Shown: positions 1 to 9,241, counted from the stretch's first letter. The stretch: DNA of 64,000 nucleotides from an uncultured Gammaproteobacteria bacterium (GCA_964460145.1 CAYWPH010000001.1:26579-90578), one strand, 5' to 3'. Translations and numbers: made by a program. The notes: generated from the letters alone by a model not told the origin.

Positions 1-2
1 CT

Positions 3-779
3 GTTACTTCAGTAAAAATTAGTGGCGCAAAACATAAGTTTTCAACTGTCCCTGGCCTTAAAGAAAATATTGTAGATTTTTTACTAAACATTAAAGGTCT
101 TAATTTAAGACTTTTAGACTCCAAAGAACAAAGCACGGTTAAGCTTTCAGTAAAAGGACCAAAAGAAATTACCGCAAAAGATTTAGAACTCCCAGAAGAT
201 GTAGAAGTAGTAAATAAAGATCATTATCTAGGCTACCTAAGTGATAAAAAAGCAAAACTTGATATGGAATTAACAGTTGAGAAAGGAATGGGATATGTAC
301 TCGCAGAAGAAAGAAAAATTGGAACACTTGGAGTTATGCCAATTGACTCAATCTTTACTCCAGTAAGAAGGGTTACTCCAGAAGTTTCAGCAACCCGTGT
401 TGGAAGACAAACAAACTTGGATAAATTAACACTTAAAATCTGGACAAATGGAGTTGTTAAACCAAGAGAAGCATTAGATGAAGCAGCAAGAATTTTATCA
501 GCATATTTTTCCCAAGTTTATCAACCAAAAGAAGTTGCTGCAACTGAATCTGTTAGTACTCATCCTGGAATTGCAGAAGGCGTGTTAAAATTAACAATTG
601 ATGAGTTAGATCTTCCAACAAGAATATATAACAGTTTAAGAAACGGCGGAATTGAAACAATTGGACAATTACTTGATACTCCAAGAAAAGAATTAATTTC
701 AATGAGAAACATGGGTGGAAAATCAATTAGCGCAATAGAAGAAAAGTTAAAAGAAAAAGGAATTAGCTTACAAAGCTAA
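3..779 (+). CDS. rpoA: DNA-directed RNA polymerase alpha subunit, C-terminal part (5' end lies outside the window)
   Basis: In-frame translation from position 3 continues into the listed ORF. The alpha C-terminal-domain-like sequence (GQLLDTPRKELISMRNMGGKSISAIEE) is present, and the ribosomal protein genes L17/L13/S9 follow immediately. Confidence 0.85.
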   Translation, partial: VTSVKISGAKHKFSTVPGLKENIVDFLLNIKGLNLRLLDSKEQSTVKLSVKGPKEITAKDLELPEDVEVVNKDHYLGYLSDKKAKLDMELTVEKGMGYVLAEERKIGTLGVMPIDSIFTPVRRVTPEVSATRVGRQTNLDKLTLKIWTNGVVKPREALDEAARILSAYFSQVYQPKEVAATESVSTHPGIAEGVLKLTIDELDLPTRIYNSLRNGGIETIGQLLDTPRKELISMRNMGGKSISAIEEKLKEKGISLQS

Positions 780-800
780 TTTTTTGTTAAATCTCAAAGT

Positions 801-848
801 CTTAAATCTCAAAAGCGAAACTAAAGGTTTGAGATTTAAGATTTTTTT
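801..848 (+). terminator. Rho-independent terminator/attenuator hairpin between rpoA and rplQ
   Basis: Perfect 13-bp stem CTTAAATCTCAAA (801-813) / TTTGAGATTTAAG (828-840) with a 14-nt loop, followed by the T-run ATTTTTTTAG. An upstream partial copy AAATCTCAAAG (789-799) could pair alternatively. Confidence 0.6.
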
Positions 849-854
849 AGTTTT

Positions 855-1349
855 ATGAAAAAAAGTATATTTGGTAAAAAATTAAAAAGAGATACAAATG
901 AAAGAAAGGCTTTATTTAAAAGCCTTATGACTTCGTTGGTTTTAAAAGAAAGTATAAGAACAACTGAAGCAAAAGCTAAAGCAATAAAACCAGAAATTGA
1001 TAAAATGGTAACGCATGCCAAGAAAGGAACAAATGCTTCAATGCAAAAAATCCACGGAAGTCTTTCGCATATCGCCTTAGATAAATTTATCTCAAACGTT
1101 GCGCCAAGATTTAAAGATAGAAATGGCGGTTATACAAGAATTATTAAACTTGGAGGAAGAGTTGGAGACGAAGCTAAAATGGTAATTTTGGAATGGGTTG
1201 AGAAAAGTGACGTTCCATACCAAAAGCCAGTTAAAGTAAAGAAAGAGAAAAAAACCGTAAAGACAACTTCTAAAACAAAAGCAAAAACTGTTAAGGCAAA
1301 ACCGAAAGCTTTGAAAGCTGTAAAAAAGGCAACAAAGAAATCTAAATAA
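855..1349 (+). CDS. rplQ: 50S ribosomal protein L17 with Lys/Ala-rich C-terminal extension
   Basis: L17 core (GGYTRIIKLGGRVGDEAKMVILEWVEK); the tail KKEKKTVKTTSKTKAKTVKAKPKALKAVKKATKKSK is histone-H1-like. Confidence 0.85.
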   Translation: MKKSIFGKKLKRDTNERKALFKSLMTSLVLKESIRTTEAKAKAIKPEIDKMVTHAKKGTNASMQKIHGSLSHIALDKFISNVAPRFKDRNGGYTRIIKLGGRVGDEAKMVILEWVEKSDVPYQKPVKVKKEKKTVKTTSKTKAKTVKAKPKALKAVKKATKKSK

Positions 1350-1350
1350 T

Positions 1351-1773
1351 ATGAAACAAACAAAATCAACAAAAATTAGCGAAGTAAAAAGAGATTGGCA
1401 TCTTGTCGATCTTAAAGGAAAAATACTAGGAAGAGTTGCATCGGATATAGCCTTACTTCTTATGGGAAAAAATAAACCAAATTTTGTAAGAAATTTGGAT
1501 ATGGGAGATTTTGTTGTGGTTATTAATGCGAAAGATTTTAAAGTAACAGGTAATAAAGAAAAGCTTAAAAAATATTACAGACACTCAGGTTACCCAGGCG
1601 GCTTTAAATCAGAAACTTTAGGAGATTTAAGACAAAGAAAACCGGAAGATGTTATAATCCATGCAGTTTCCGGAATGCTTCCTCAAAACAGGCTTAAAGA
1701 TAAAATGTTATCAAGATTACGTGTTTTTGGGGAAGAAGAACATACTTTTAAAGATAAATTTAATAAAGAATAA
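1351..1773 (+). CDS. rplM: 50S ribosomal protein L13
   Basis: Typical L13 N-terminus (WHLVDLKGKILGRVASDIALLLMGKNKP); gene order rplM-rpsI. Confidence 0.9.
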   Translation: MKQTKSTKISEVKRDWHLVDLKGKILGRVASDIALLLMGKNKPNFVRNLDMGDFVVVINAKDFKVTGNKEKLKKYYRHSGYPGGFKSETLGDLRQRKPEDVIIHAVSGMLPQNRLKDKMLSRLRVFGEEEHTFKDKFNKE

Positions 1774-1775
1774 AT

Positions 1776-2222
1776 ATGGTAAAAGATACTAAGAAAGATT
1801 TTATATTTACAATAGGAAGAAGAAAAGAATCAGTCGCAAGACTTAGGCTTTATACCAATTCAAATCCGGATTTAGTAATTGGTGAAGAAAAGCTTAAAAA
1901 AGGCGACGTAGTTGTCAATGGTAAAAGGGCACTAGATTATTTTAAAGGAATTGTTGCAAAAGTAAGATTTGAAGAGCCTCTTAAAATTACAAATAATTTG
2001 GGAAAATATATTTTATCTGTAAAAGTAGATGGTGGAGGACAAACAGGACAGCTTGAAGCATTTATCCATGCTCTATCTAGAGCCCTTGCAAGTCTGGATC
2101 CTAAAAATAGACAAATACTTAAAAAACAGGGTTTGCTTACAAGAGACGCAAGAGTAAGAGAAAGAAGGAAAGTTGGAATGGGTGGAAAAGCAAGAAGAAA
2201 GAGGCAATCTCCAAAGAGGTAA
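1776..2222 (+). CDS. rpsI: 30S ribosomal protein S9
   Basis: S9 C-terminal signature (GGGQTGQ...LTRDARVRERRKVGMGGKARRKRQSPKR). Confidence 0.9.
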   Translation: MVKDTKKDFIFTIGRRKESVARLRLYTNSNPDLVIGEEKLKKGDVVVNGKRALDYFKGIVAKVRFEEPLKITNNLGKYILSVKVDGGGQTGQLEAFIHALSRALASLDPKNRQILKKQGLLTRDARVRERRKVGMGGKARRKRQSPKR

Positions 2223-2226
2223 TCCT

Positions 2227-2769
2227 CTATAACATCTTCTGCTTAATGGTTTCAATAACCCAAGGAGCTAGATTTTCAAATAACCTTGATTTTTTATTTA
2301 ACAATTCCTGTTTTTTAACTAAAGAAAAACCATACGCAAAATCAAAGTTTGGAGTAGGCAGTTTTTTTACTTTACTAACTAATATTTCACAGACTTCGTG
2401 TTCTGTAAAAATGCTTTTTTTATCTTTTGCTTTGTAGTAAACAGCTCCTAAATTTTTAGGTGCATATAAAAGGTCTTTTTTTGTTATTCTCCATTCTCTT
2501 TCAAGGCATTCATATGTTGCTTCAAGTGTAGTTTGCAATTTACCATTAATATAGAGTTGGTGAGAGGATGATGTTATATCAAATACTCCATCAAAAGCAA
2601 CATGTTTTCTGTGTTGAATAATATAATAGTCTTTATAAATTAAAGCAACGGTTAATGCTTTATGGAGTATGCCTTTCCTGTGAGCTTCCCATTTTTCAAC
2701 CCTACCAATAACATTCCCTTTTTTATCAACCCTAGCTATAATTTGTTTTTGCTTATAATAACTATTCAT
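2227..2769 (-). CDS. Nudix-fold hydrolase, isopentenyl-diphosphate isomerase type 1-like
   Basis: Degenerate Nudix box (GKLQTTLEATYECLEREW). The motif FTEHEVCEIL resembles the IDI-1 NEVCPVF motif. It is divergent from the IPK gene inside an isoprenoid cluster. Confidence 0.45.
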   Translation of the reverse strand: MNSYYKQKQIIARVDKKGNVIGRVEKWEAHRKGILHKALTVALIYKDYYIIQHRKHVAFDGVFDITSSSHQLYINGKLQTTLEATYECLEREWRITKKDLLYAPKNLGAVYYKAKDKKSIFTEHEVCEILVSKVKKLPTPNFDFAYGFSLVKKQELLNKKSRLFENLAPWVIETIKQKML

Positions 2770-2850
2770 GATGGTTTGCTTTTAACTATAAGATATATTA
2801 TAATGCAAAAACCCATATAATCATAGTCCTAGCTTAATAAATATAAAATT

Positions 2851-3624
2851 ATGAAAGATGTTGTTTTAGTGAAATTAGGAGGATCAATTATTACGAACAA
2901 AAAGATTCCTTATTTCGCAAGAAAATCAGTTATAGCGCGTCTTGCAAGAGAACTTAAATCTTCAAGGGAACCAATCATTCTGGTACATGGAAGTGGTAGT
3001 TTTGGTCATACATCAGCCGTAAAATTTGGTGGCAAAAAAGGATACAAAAATGTAAAAGGAATTGCCAAAGTGGCATTTGATGCAATAACAATTAATCAGA
3101 TCGTAATGGAAATCTTAATAAAACAAGGATTACCGGTTGTCTCCTTGCGTCCTATGAGCATGATGCTTGCAAAATCAGGTAAAACTGAAGCTTTATTTCT
3201 TAAACCATTAGAAGAAGTACTTAAACAAGGACTAATACCTGTAGTTTTCGGAGATGTTATCTGGGACAAAAGCTGGAAAAGCACAATTTTTTCAGGCGAA
3301 ACTGTTTTAAGTAAAATTGCAGTTTATCTCAAAAGTAACGGTTTTAAAATAAAAAGAATAATTCAAGTAGGCGAAACTAATGGGGTATATGACCAAAATA
3401 AGAAAACAGTCCCCTTAATTACCAAAAAAAACTGGCCAAATGTTAAGCAATTTATTTTTAAATTAACTACAAATGATGTTACAGGAGGAATGTTGCATAA
3501 AATTGAAGATTCCTTGGAAATGGCTTCTAAGGGAATAGAAAGCATTTTAATAAATGGGAAACTAAAAAGAGAATTATCAAAAGCTCTTTTAGATAAAAAC
3601 GTAAAAGGAACGTTAATTAAATAA
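2851..3624 (+). CDS. ipk: Isopentenyl phosphate kinase (amino-acid kinase family)
   Basis: VKLGGSII...ILVHGSGSFGH and NDVTGGM match the IPK signatures (LKLGGS / VHGGGAFGH / DVTGGM). Confidence 0.8.
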   Translation: MKDVVLVKLGGSIITNKKIPYFARKSVIARLARELKSSREPIILVHGSGSFGHTSAVKFGGKKGYKNVKGIAKVAFDAITINQIVMEILIKQGLPVVSLRPMSMMLAKSGKTEALFLKPLEEVLKQGLIPVVFGDVIWDKSWKSTIFSGETVLSKIAVYLKSNGFKIKRIIQVGETNGVYDQNKKTVPLITKKNWPNVKQFIFKLTTNDVTGGMLHKIEDSLEMASKGIESILINGKLKRELSKALLDKNVKGTLIK

Positions 3625-3625
3625 T

Positions 3626-4279
3626 ATGTTAGAAAGATCTTTAGACCAAAAAGATACCGGGATTGCAGAGGAAGTTCTTCAAGGTGCAGGTATTGGAGAG
3701 GCAATTATTGTTGTGCATTTTGACCCAGATGCAGGCGGAGAAAGGGATGTAAATCCTAAAGTAGCAGTTGTAATAGAGAAAAAATCCAAACCATCATCTA
3801 AAAGAACTGCAGGTCAAAGATCAATTCCAATAGAAACAAGAAAAGTCGGAGAAGGCCGTGTTGATAACATAAGAGGAGGACTTGCGGAAATGTTCGATGA
3901 TGAAACTTTGGATCAAGTAAGAACAAATCTTTTTCTTGTAAGAAGTGGCTTAGGTTTTACTCTCTGTAGCGGAAATGTCGTCGGGTTATCTGCATTGGTT
4001 TATGATGGTTCTACGTCAACACCTTTTACCCCTATTAATGCAGCAGAGGTAGGTTTTGGTGGGTGGATACCTATTAATGAGTTATTACAGGTAGGGGATA
4101 TAAGGGGAATTGCTAAGGAGTTTGTATTAGCAGCAAGAGATATGGGTTTAATACAATCGGCGTTAAGAGATTTTAGATCAGATGGTTTATCTGCTCCGCT
4201 TTTTCCTGAAGGATTTTCCATAAATAGATATTATCGACAACGAGAAAGAGCTGGAGTAGATGTAAGATTTACTTTATAA
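3626..4279 (+). CDS. Hypothetical protein, Gly/Arg/Asp-rich, atypical composition
   Basis: A 217-codon open frame in an AT-rich genome cannot be chance. No motif recognised; GC is noticeably higher than the neighbours. Confidence 0.5.
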   Translation: MLERSLDQKDTGIAEEVLQGAGIGEAIIVVHFDPDAGGERDVNPKVAVVIEKKSKPSSKRTAGQRSIPIETRKVGEGRVDNIRGGLAEMFDDETLDQVRTNLFLVRSGLGFTLCSGNVVGLSALVYDGSTSTPFTPINAAEVGFGGWIPINELLQVGDIRGIAKEFVLAARDMGLIQSALRDFRSDGLSAPLFPEGFSINRYYRQRERAGVDVRFTL

Positions 4280-4281
4280 GT

Positions 4282-5337
4282 CTAACTTTGCCTTTGCTGT
4301 ATTAGTTCTATAAGTTCTAGCATTTTTTCTTTGTATTTAATTTCAATAAGGGAATTTCCAATCATTTTTTTTGCCTCATTAAAATTTTGGTCAATAATTT
4401 TCTTTCCCGCATCTATAGCGCCGGATTCTAAAAACATATTTCTTATTTCATCTTCTTTTCCCATTATGTTTTTCCCAAAAACTTCACTTAAAAACTCTTT
4501 TTGATTTTTTGTTCCATTTTGTATTACGTAATTGGTAAAAAAGGTATGTTGGTGCTGGGCAATGTCTAAGAGTGGAGTTTTTTGCGTTTTATCTTGATTT
4601 CCAACAATATCTAAAAGATCATCCTGTATCTGAAAAGCCATTCCTAAGTATGTTCCCAAAGCTTCAAACAAATCATCTTGACCGTAATTTGGGTTTGCAA
4701 GTACAGCTCCAATTTGCATTGGTCTTACAAAACTATATCTTGATGTTTTAAGTCTGGTTTTTTCCTCTATTAAATCTAGACTTGGATTATCTCTTCCTAC
4801 CAAATCCACATCAATTATTTGTCCCATAATTACCTCATCGATCATTTTATAAAAATATTGTTTTGTAATTTCAAGATTTTTAAGATTTTTATTTTCAAAA
4901 AACAGATCTGTAAGCCAGGAATAAATAACATCTCCAATAAGAATTGCTTGAGAATTTGCAATATGTTCTAAGTCACCAATTCTTTTTTCTTTTTTTAGTT
5001 TTTCAAATACAAACTCATGTATTGTTTTTTGCCCATGACGAGTTTTACCCTTATCCATAACGTCATCATGAATAAGGCAAAAATTATGGAAAAGTTCTAA
5101 GCTTACTAATATATTCATTATTTCTTTTTCATTATTTCCTCTGAAGGATTTGTAGGTTAGGTAGGTAATGTATGGCCTAATTCTTTTCCCTCCACCGGTA
5201 ATTAAGTTTTTGGAGTACAAAACAAAATCTTTTATAAAGACATCTTTTGTGTTTTGTTGAAATTCTTCTGTTTTTTTATCAACAAAGCTATTTAGTATGG
5301 GGTCGAATATCTCTTTAAACTGTTTTAGATCATGCAT
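4282..5337 (-). CDS. trans-Polyprenyl diphosphate synthase (FPP/GGPP-synthase family)
   Basis: First Asp-rich motif LIHDDVMDKGKTRHG and second Asp-rich motif FQIQDDLLDIVG. Confidence 0.8.
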   Translation of the reverse strand: MHDLKQFKEIFDPILNSFVDKKTEEFQQNTKDVFIKDFVLYSKNLITGGGKRIRPYITYLTYKSFRGNNEKEIMNILVSLELFHNFCLIHDDVMDKGKTRHGQKTIHEFVFEKLKKEKRIGDLEHIANSQAILIGDVIYSWLTDLFFENKNLKNLEITKQYFYKMIDEVIMGQIIDVDLVGRDNPSLDLIEEKTRLKTSRYSFVRPMQIGAVLANPNYGQDDLFEALGTYLGMAFQIQDDLLDIVGNQDKTQKTPLLDIAQHQHTFFTNYVIQNGTKNQKEFLSEVFGKNIMGKEDEIRNMFLESGAIDAGKKIIDQNFNEAKKMIGNSLIEIKYKEKMLELIELIQQRQS

Positions 5338-5356
5338 GTTAAATCAAAGAGTGAGA

Positions 5357-6109
5357 TTATTTACCTTGTCTTCTGCCCGTTTGATAGAAAAATTCAATTC
5401 CTTTAACTACGTCACCATTGTCCATGTCTGGAAAATACTTTTCGGGGATAAAATAAAGCACTGTATTTTTGCCATTAATCCATCCTAAATCTGATGTTCT
5501 TAATTCGGATGTTCTAATAATCAAATCTGCTGATGGAATTACTCCATTCCCGTCTCTTAAGGAATGCAACAGTTCTGAAGTTATTTCAACATTCTTGTCT
5601 AATTTTTTTGCTTTATTTAATATTCTGATCAGTTGGTCTTCTCCACCAAAATCAAGTGCAGCGCAAACTATTTGTCCTGTATTCTTACTTGTTTTTTTCT
5701 CAACGTCTATAATTTTATCTACCAATGTTTTTGGCAACCTATCTCTTCTTCCAAGATGAATAAATCTTGAGTTATTGTCCATTAGTTCGCCAACATATTT
5801 TGTTAACATAAGTTCGAAAAGACTCATAAGTCCTTTTATTTCCTTTTCATTTCTTTTCCAATTATCTGAAGAAAATCCCCAAATTCCTACTATTTTTACC
5901 GGAAGCGGTCTCATGCTTCTTAAAAGTTGAATTATTACATCAAGCCCTTTTTTATGTCCCCAAATAGTAGGTTTTCCTCTCTCTTTTGCATACCTTCTAT
6001 TTCCATCGGGAATTATGAAGATAAACTGAGGAAAGTTTTCTTTTGGAACTTTATTAAGAGCGGGAAACTCGCTGTAAATATCCGTTTTTTTACGCCTGAG
6101 TGAAATCAT
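5357..6109 (-). CDS. uppS: Undecaprenyl diphosphate synthase (cis-prenyltransferase)
   Basis: IIPDGNRRYAKERG is the DGNRRWA UPPS motif; size about 250 aa. Confidence 0.85.
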   Translation of the reverse strand: MISLRRKKTDIYSEFPALNKVPKENFPQFIFIIPDGNRRYAKERGKPTIWGHKKGLDVIIQLLRSMRPLPVKIVGIWGFSSDNWKRNEKEIKGLMSLFELMLTKYVGELMDNNSRFIHLGRRDRLPKTLVDKIIDVEKKTSKNTGQIVCAALDFGGEDQLIRILNKAKKLDKNVEITSELLHSLRDGNGVIPSADLIIRTSELRTSDLGWINGKNTVLYFIPEKYFPDMDNGDVVKGIEFFYQTGRRQGK

Positions 6110-6163
6110 AAGTAGAGTTGATTATAGCCAAAATGGCCCTAAATTGCAATTTAAATTGGATTG

Positions 6164-6234
6164 TCGGGGAGCCGGGAATTAAACCCGAACCCTACGCACC
6201 CCATGCGCAAATTCTATCGTTAAACTACTCCCCG
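6164..6234 (-). tRNA. tRNA-Pro (anticodon GGG), CCA not encoded
   Basis: The reverse complement reads CGGGGAG...CTCCCCG (7-bp acceptor stem with C1-G72, typical of Pro). Anticodon stem TGCGC/GCGTA carries the loop ATGGGGT, and the T-stem is TCGGG/CCCGG. Confidence 0.75.
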
Positions 6235-6287
6235 AAATGTTTTTTACACCTTGCATTATAACAAAAAGTTGTTACAATGAGAACGAA

Positions 6288-7370
6288 ATGGCACGTACTG
6301 CAAATCCAACCAAATCAATGCCAAATGGCCAAGCCCAAACCTCAGGAAAGCTTGAAGCAGTTAAGCTTGCGATGGAGCAAATTGAAAAACAATATGGTAG
6401 GGGATCTATCATGAGGTTTGGAGATATTGGGCAAAAACTCGATATTTCAGTTATCTCCACAGGCTGTCTTCCCTTAGATTTAGCACTAGGAGTAGGTGGA
6501 GTGCCAAGAGGCAGAATCATTGAAATTTACGGTCCAGAAGCAAGCGGCAAAACTACAGTTTGTCTTTCAATTATTGCCCAAGCTCAAAAACATGGAGGAA
6601 TCGCAGCCTTTATAGACGCAGAACACGCTCTTGATCCCTTATGGGCTGCAAGAATTGGGATAAAACTTGATGATTTATTAATTTCCCAACCAGATACAGG
6701 AGAGCAAGCTTTGGAAATTGCGGAAAGCTTAATTAGAAGTGGCGGAGTTGACGTTTTAGTAATAGATTCAGTGGCAGCCTTGGTTCCACGAGCTGAGATT
6801 GAGGGTGAAATGGGAGATGCAGTAATGGGTCTTCAGGCAAGGCTTATGTCGCAGGCTTTAAGAAAATTAACCGCTGTTATCTCCAAATCCAAAACAGTAG
6901 TTATTTTTACAAATCAGCTAAGGCAAAAAATCGGAGTAATGTTTGGAAATCCCGAAACAACAACAGGAGGACTTGCTTTAAAATTTTATTCCTCGGTTAG
7001 AATTGATATTCGGAAAATAGAAAGCTTAAAAGACGGAGATAGGGTAATTGGATCAAGGCATAGAGCAAAAATAGTTAAAAATAAAGTATCGTCTCCTTTT
7101 AGAATTGCAGAGTTTGATGTATTTGGAGACACGGGAATTTCCAGGGAGGGCGGAATAATGGACGTTGGAGTTGATATGGAAATAATTAACAAATCAGGAG
7201 CATTCTTTAGATATGGTGAATTAATGCTTGGCCAGGGAAAACAAGCATCAATTTTATATTTGAAAGAAAAACCAGATGTTGCCAAAAAAATTGTTGAGCA
7301 GATAATGACTAAAAGTAAAACCGTGCCTACTCCCGTAGAAGTCGGAGTAGAAGAAGCAAAAGAAGAATAA
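6288..7370 (+). CDS. recA: Recombinase RecA
   Basis: Walker [10 protein letters not shown] and the RecA core ([51 protein letters not shown]). The likely start is MARTANP at 6288; the longer ORF from 6237 would overlap the tRNA. Confidence 0.9.
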   Translation: MARTANPTKSMPNGQAQTSGKLEAVKLAMEQIEKQYGRGSIMRFGDIGQKLDISVISTGCLPLDLALGVGGVPRGRIIEIYGPEASGKTTVCLSIIAQAQKHGGIAAFIDAEHALDPLWAARIGIKLDDLLISQPDTGEQALEIAESLIRSGGVDVLVIDSVAALVPRAEIEGEMGDAVMGLQARLMSQALRKLTAVISKSKTVVIFTNQLRQKIGVMFGNPETTTGGLALKFYSSVRIDIRKIESLKDGDRVIGSRHRAKIVKNKVSSPFRIAEFDVFGDTGISREGGIMDVGVDMEIINKSGAFFRYGELMLGQGKQASILYLKEKPDVAKKIVEQIMTKSKTVPTPVEVGVEEAKEE

Positions 7371-7380
7371 CCCTTTTTTA

Positions 7381-7857
7381 ATGGAAACTATCGAAAATCT
7401 TCTCAATAAATCCTTTAAATTCCTTTCCTATAGACCAAGAAGTGAAAAAGAAGTAAGAGATTATTTGCTCAAGAAAAAAGCTGATGATTTAACTCTTGAG
7501 AAAATTATTAAAAGACTAAAAGAGCACAATTTCATTAATGATTCAAATTTTACCAAATGGTGGATTGAACAAAGAACAAAATTTAGGCCTAAGGCAGTAA
7601 GGATAATTAAGTTAGAGTTACTTAGAAAGGGAATTGCTAAAGATTTAATAGAAGAAATATTACAAGATAAAACAGTCGAGACAGAAACCGACCTAGATAA
7701 AGCCAGAAAACTTGCAATAAAAAGAATTGAAAGATATAAAAACGAAGAACCTCAAAAAAAATATGAAAAAATGGTCAGATTTTTAGCCTCTAAAGGGTTT
7801 GATTGGGACACAGTTAAAGAAGTTATTGACCAATTAATTCCCAAAAGGTATAATTAG
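7381..7857 (+). CDS. recX: RecA regulator RecX
   Basis: About 158-aa helical repeat protein directly after recA (SYRPRSEKEVRDYLLKK). Confidence 0.75.
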   Translation: METIENLLNKSFKFLSYRPRSEKEVRDYLLKKKADDLTLEKIIKRLKEHNFINDSNFTKWWIEQRTKFRPKAVRIIKLELLRKGIAKDLIEEILQDKTVETETDLDKARKLAIKRIERYKNEEPQKKYEKMVRFLASKGFDWDTVKEVIDQLIPKRYN

Positions 7858-7972
7858 CTCTAAGCAATAGAGCAAGGGCAAAGTTGTTATATGAAAAGTA
7901 CAGAGTTTCCCTTTTCCATATTCCACTTAAAAAGAGCTTAAATAGCTCTTGCTTCTTTATTGTTTAAAAATT

Positions 7973-9241
7973 ATGGCACAAGATAATCAGGATTTAATTC
8001 AATTAGAAAAAAAACTCCTTGAAAGACAGGAGAAATTGGATAATGAAAAAGAACAGTTAGAAAAAGAAAAAGAAAAGCTTCAGAAAACAAAAGACAATCT
8101 TGAAGAGCTTTTGGAAAAAGTTTCCTCTCTTACCGCTCAAGAAGCCAAAAGAGAGCTTCTTGAGCTTATTGAGCAAAAAGAAGTAGCAACTGTTGCAAAA
8201 ATAATCAGGGAAAGAGAAGAAGAAGCTTTAAAAACCGCAGATAAAAAAGCTCAGGAAATTTTGGTTGAAAGTATGAGGCACGGGGTTTTAGACTATATAG
8301 CAGAATATACTGTTTCTGTTGTAAAGATTACGGATGAAGATGTAAAGGGAAGAATAATCGGAAAAGAAGGAAGAAATATTAGAGCTTTTGAGCAGGCAAC
8401 CGGAGTAGACGTAGACTTAGACGAAGAGGGAATTATCAGGCTTTCATCTTTTGATCAGGTAAGAAGAGAAGTTGCAAGAAGAGCTTTAGAAAAATTAATT
8501 AAAGATACAAGAATTCAGCCTTTTAGAATTGAAGAGATAGTCTCTCAGACAAAGGCAGAAGTTGAGAAAATAATGTTTGAGGAAGGTGAGCGTTTAGCTC
8601 ACGAAGCAGGGGTATATAACCTTTCAAAAGAAATATTATCAGTTTTGGGAAGATTTAAATTTAGAACCTCATATGGACAAAATCTTATCGTCCATACACT
8701 CGAAGATACAAAAATTGGAGTTCATATTGCAGCAGAAATTGGAGCTGATGTAAATATCGTAAAACTAGGGTGTCTTTTCCATGATATCGGAAAGGTAATT
8801 GAAGGAGAGGGAAGTCACGTAAATTTAGGAGTAGAGTTTTTGAAAAAACACAATATTCCAGAAGCTATTATAAACTGCGTTGCAGAGCATCATGAAGATA
8901 AACCATTTTCTTCAGTTGAGTCAGTAATTGTTCATATTGCCGATGCAATTTCTGGAGCAAGACCAGGAGCAAGATACGAAGACATAGGAGAGTATGCAAA
9001 AAGACTTACTCAAATGGAAGAAATTGCCAAAAAATTTGATGGAGTACAAGATGCCTATGCATTTGAAGCAGGAAGGGAACTTCGAGTAATTATTAACCCA
9101 GGAGCTTTAAGCGATGAAGAAACTACAGTTTTAGCAGCAAAAATAAGAGATGAAGTAAGTAAAGTCTTAGCAGTCCCGGGAGAAATAAAAGTTACAGCAA
9201 TTAGAGAATTTAGGGCAGTTTCCTCAGAGTTTTCTTCGTAA
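7973..9241 (+). CDS. rny: Ribonuclease Y (KH + HD domains); C-terminal 8 residues are encoded by repeat R1
   Basis: KH domain IIGKEGRNIRAFEQATGVDVDL and HD domain LFHDIGK; N-terminal coiled coil. The start may instead be at 7949. Confidence 0.85.
   Translation: MAQDNQDLIQLEKKLLERQEKLDNEKEQLEKEKEKLQKTKDNLEELLEKVSSLTAQEAKRELLELIEQKEVATVAKIIREREEEALKTADKKAQEILVESMRHGVLDYIAEYTVSVVKITDEDVKGRIIGKEGRNIRAFEQATGVDVDLDEEGIIRLSSFDQVRREVARRALEKLIKDTRIQPFRIEEIVSQTKAEVEKIMFEEGERLAHEAGVYNLSKEILSVLGRFKFRTSYGQNLIVHTLEDTKIGVHIAAEIGADVNIVKLGCLFHDIGKVIEGEGSHVNLGVEFLKKHNIPEAIINCVAEHHEDKPFSSVESVIVHIADAISGARPGARYEDIGEYAKRLTQMEEIAKKFDGVQDAYAFEAGRELRVIINPGALSDEETTVLAAKIRDEVSKVLAVPGEIKVTAIREFRAVSSEFSS

Noticed and set aside
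836-1021. 61-aa minus-strand ORF overlapping rplQ. Several other short antisense ORFs are similar, e.g. 1130-1372, 2073-2255, 3096-3284, 4000-4221, 6272-6520 and 6986-7285.
   Set aside because: Each lies fully inside a well-supported gene on the opposite strand, has low-complexity hydrophobic translation and no start or ribosome-binding-site context. These are typical spurious ORFs of AT-rich DNA.
3626-4279. Possibility that the GC-rich 650-bp segment is a structured ncRNA rather than a CDS
   Set aside because: A 217-codon uninterrupted frame at this AT content is far beyond chance. The opposite strand is full of stops.
6237-6287. Upstream extension of recA ([17 protein letters not shown])
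   Set aside because: It abuts or overlaps the tRNA-Pro gene on the opposite strand and is not RecA-like. MARTANP at 6288 is the plausible start.
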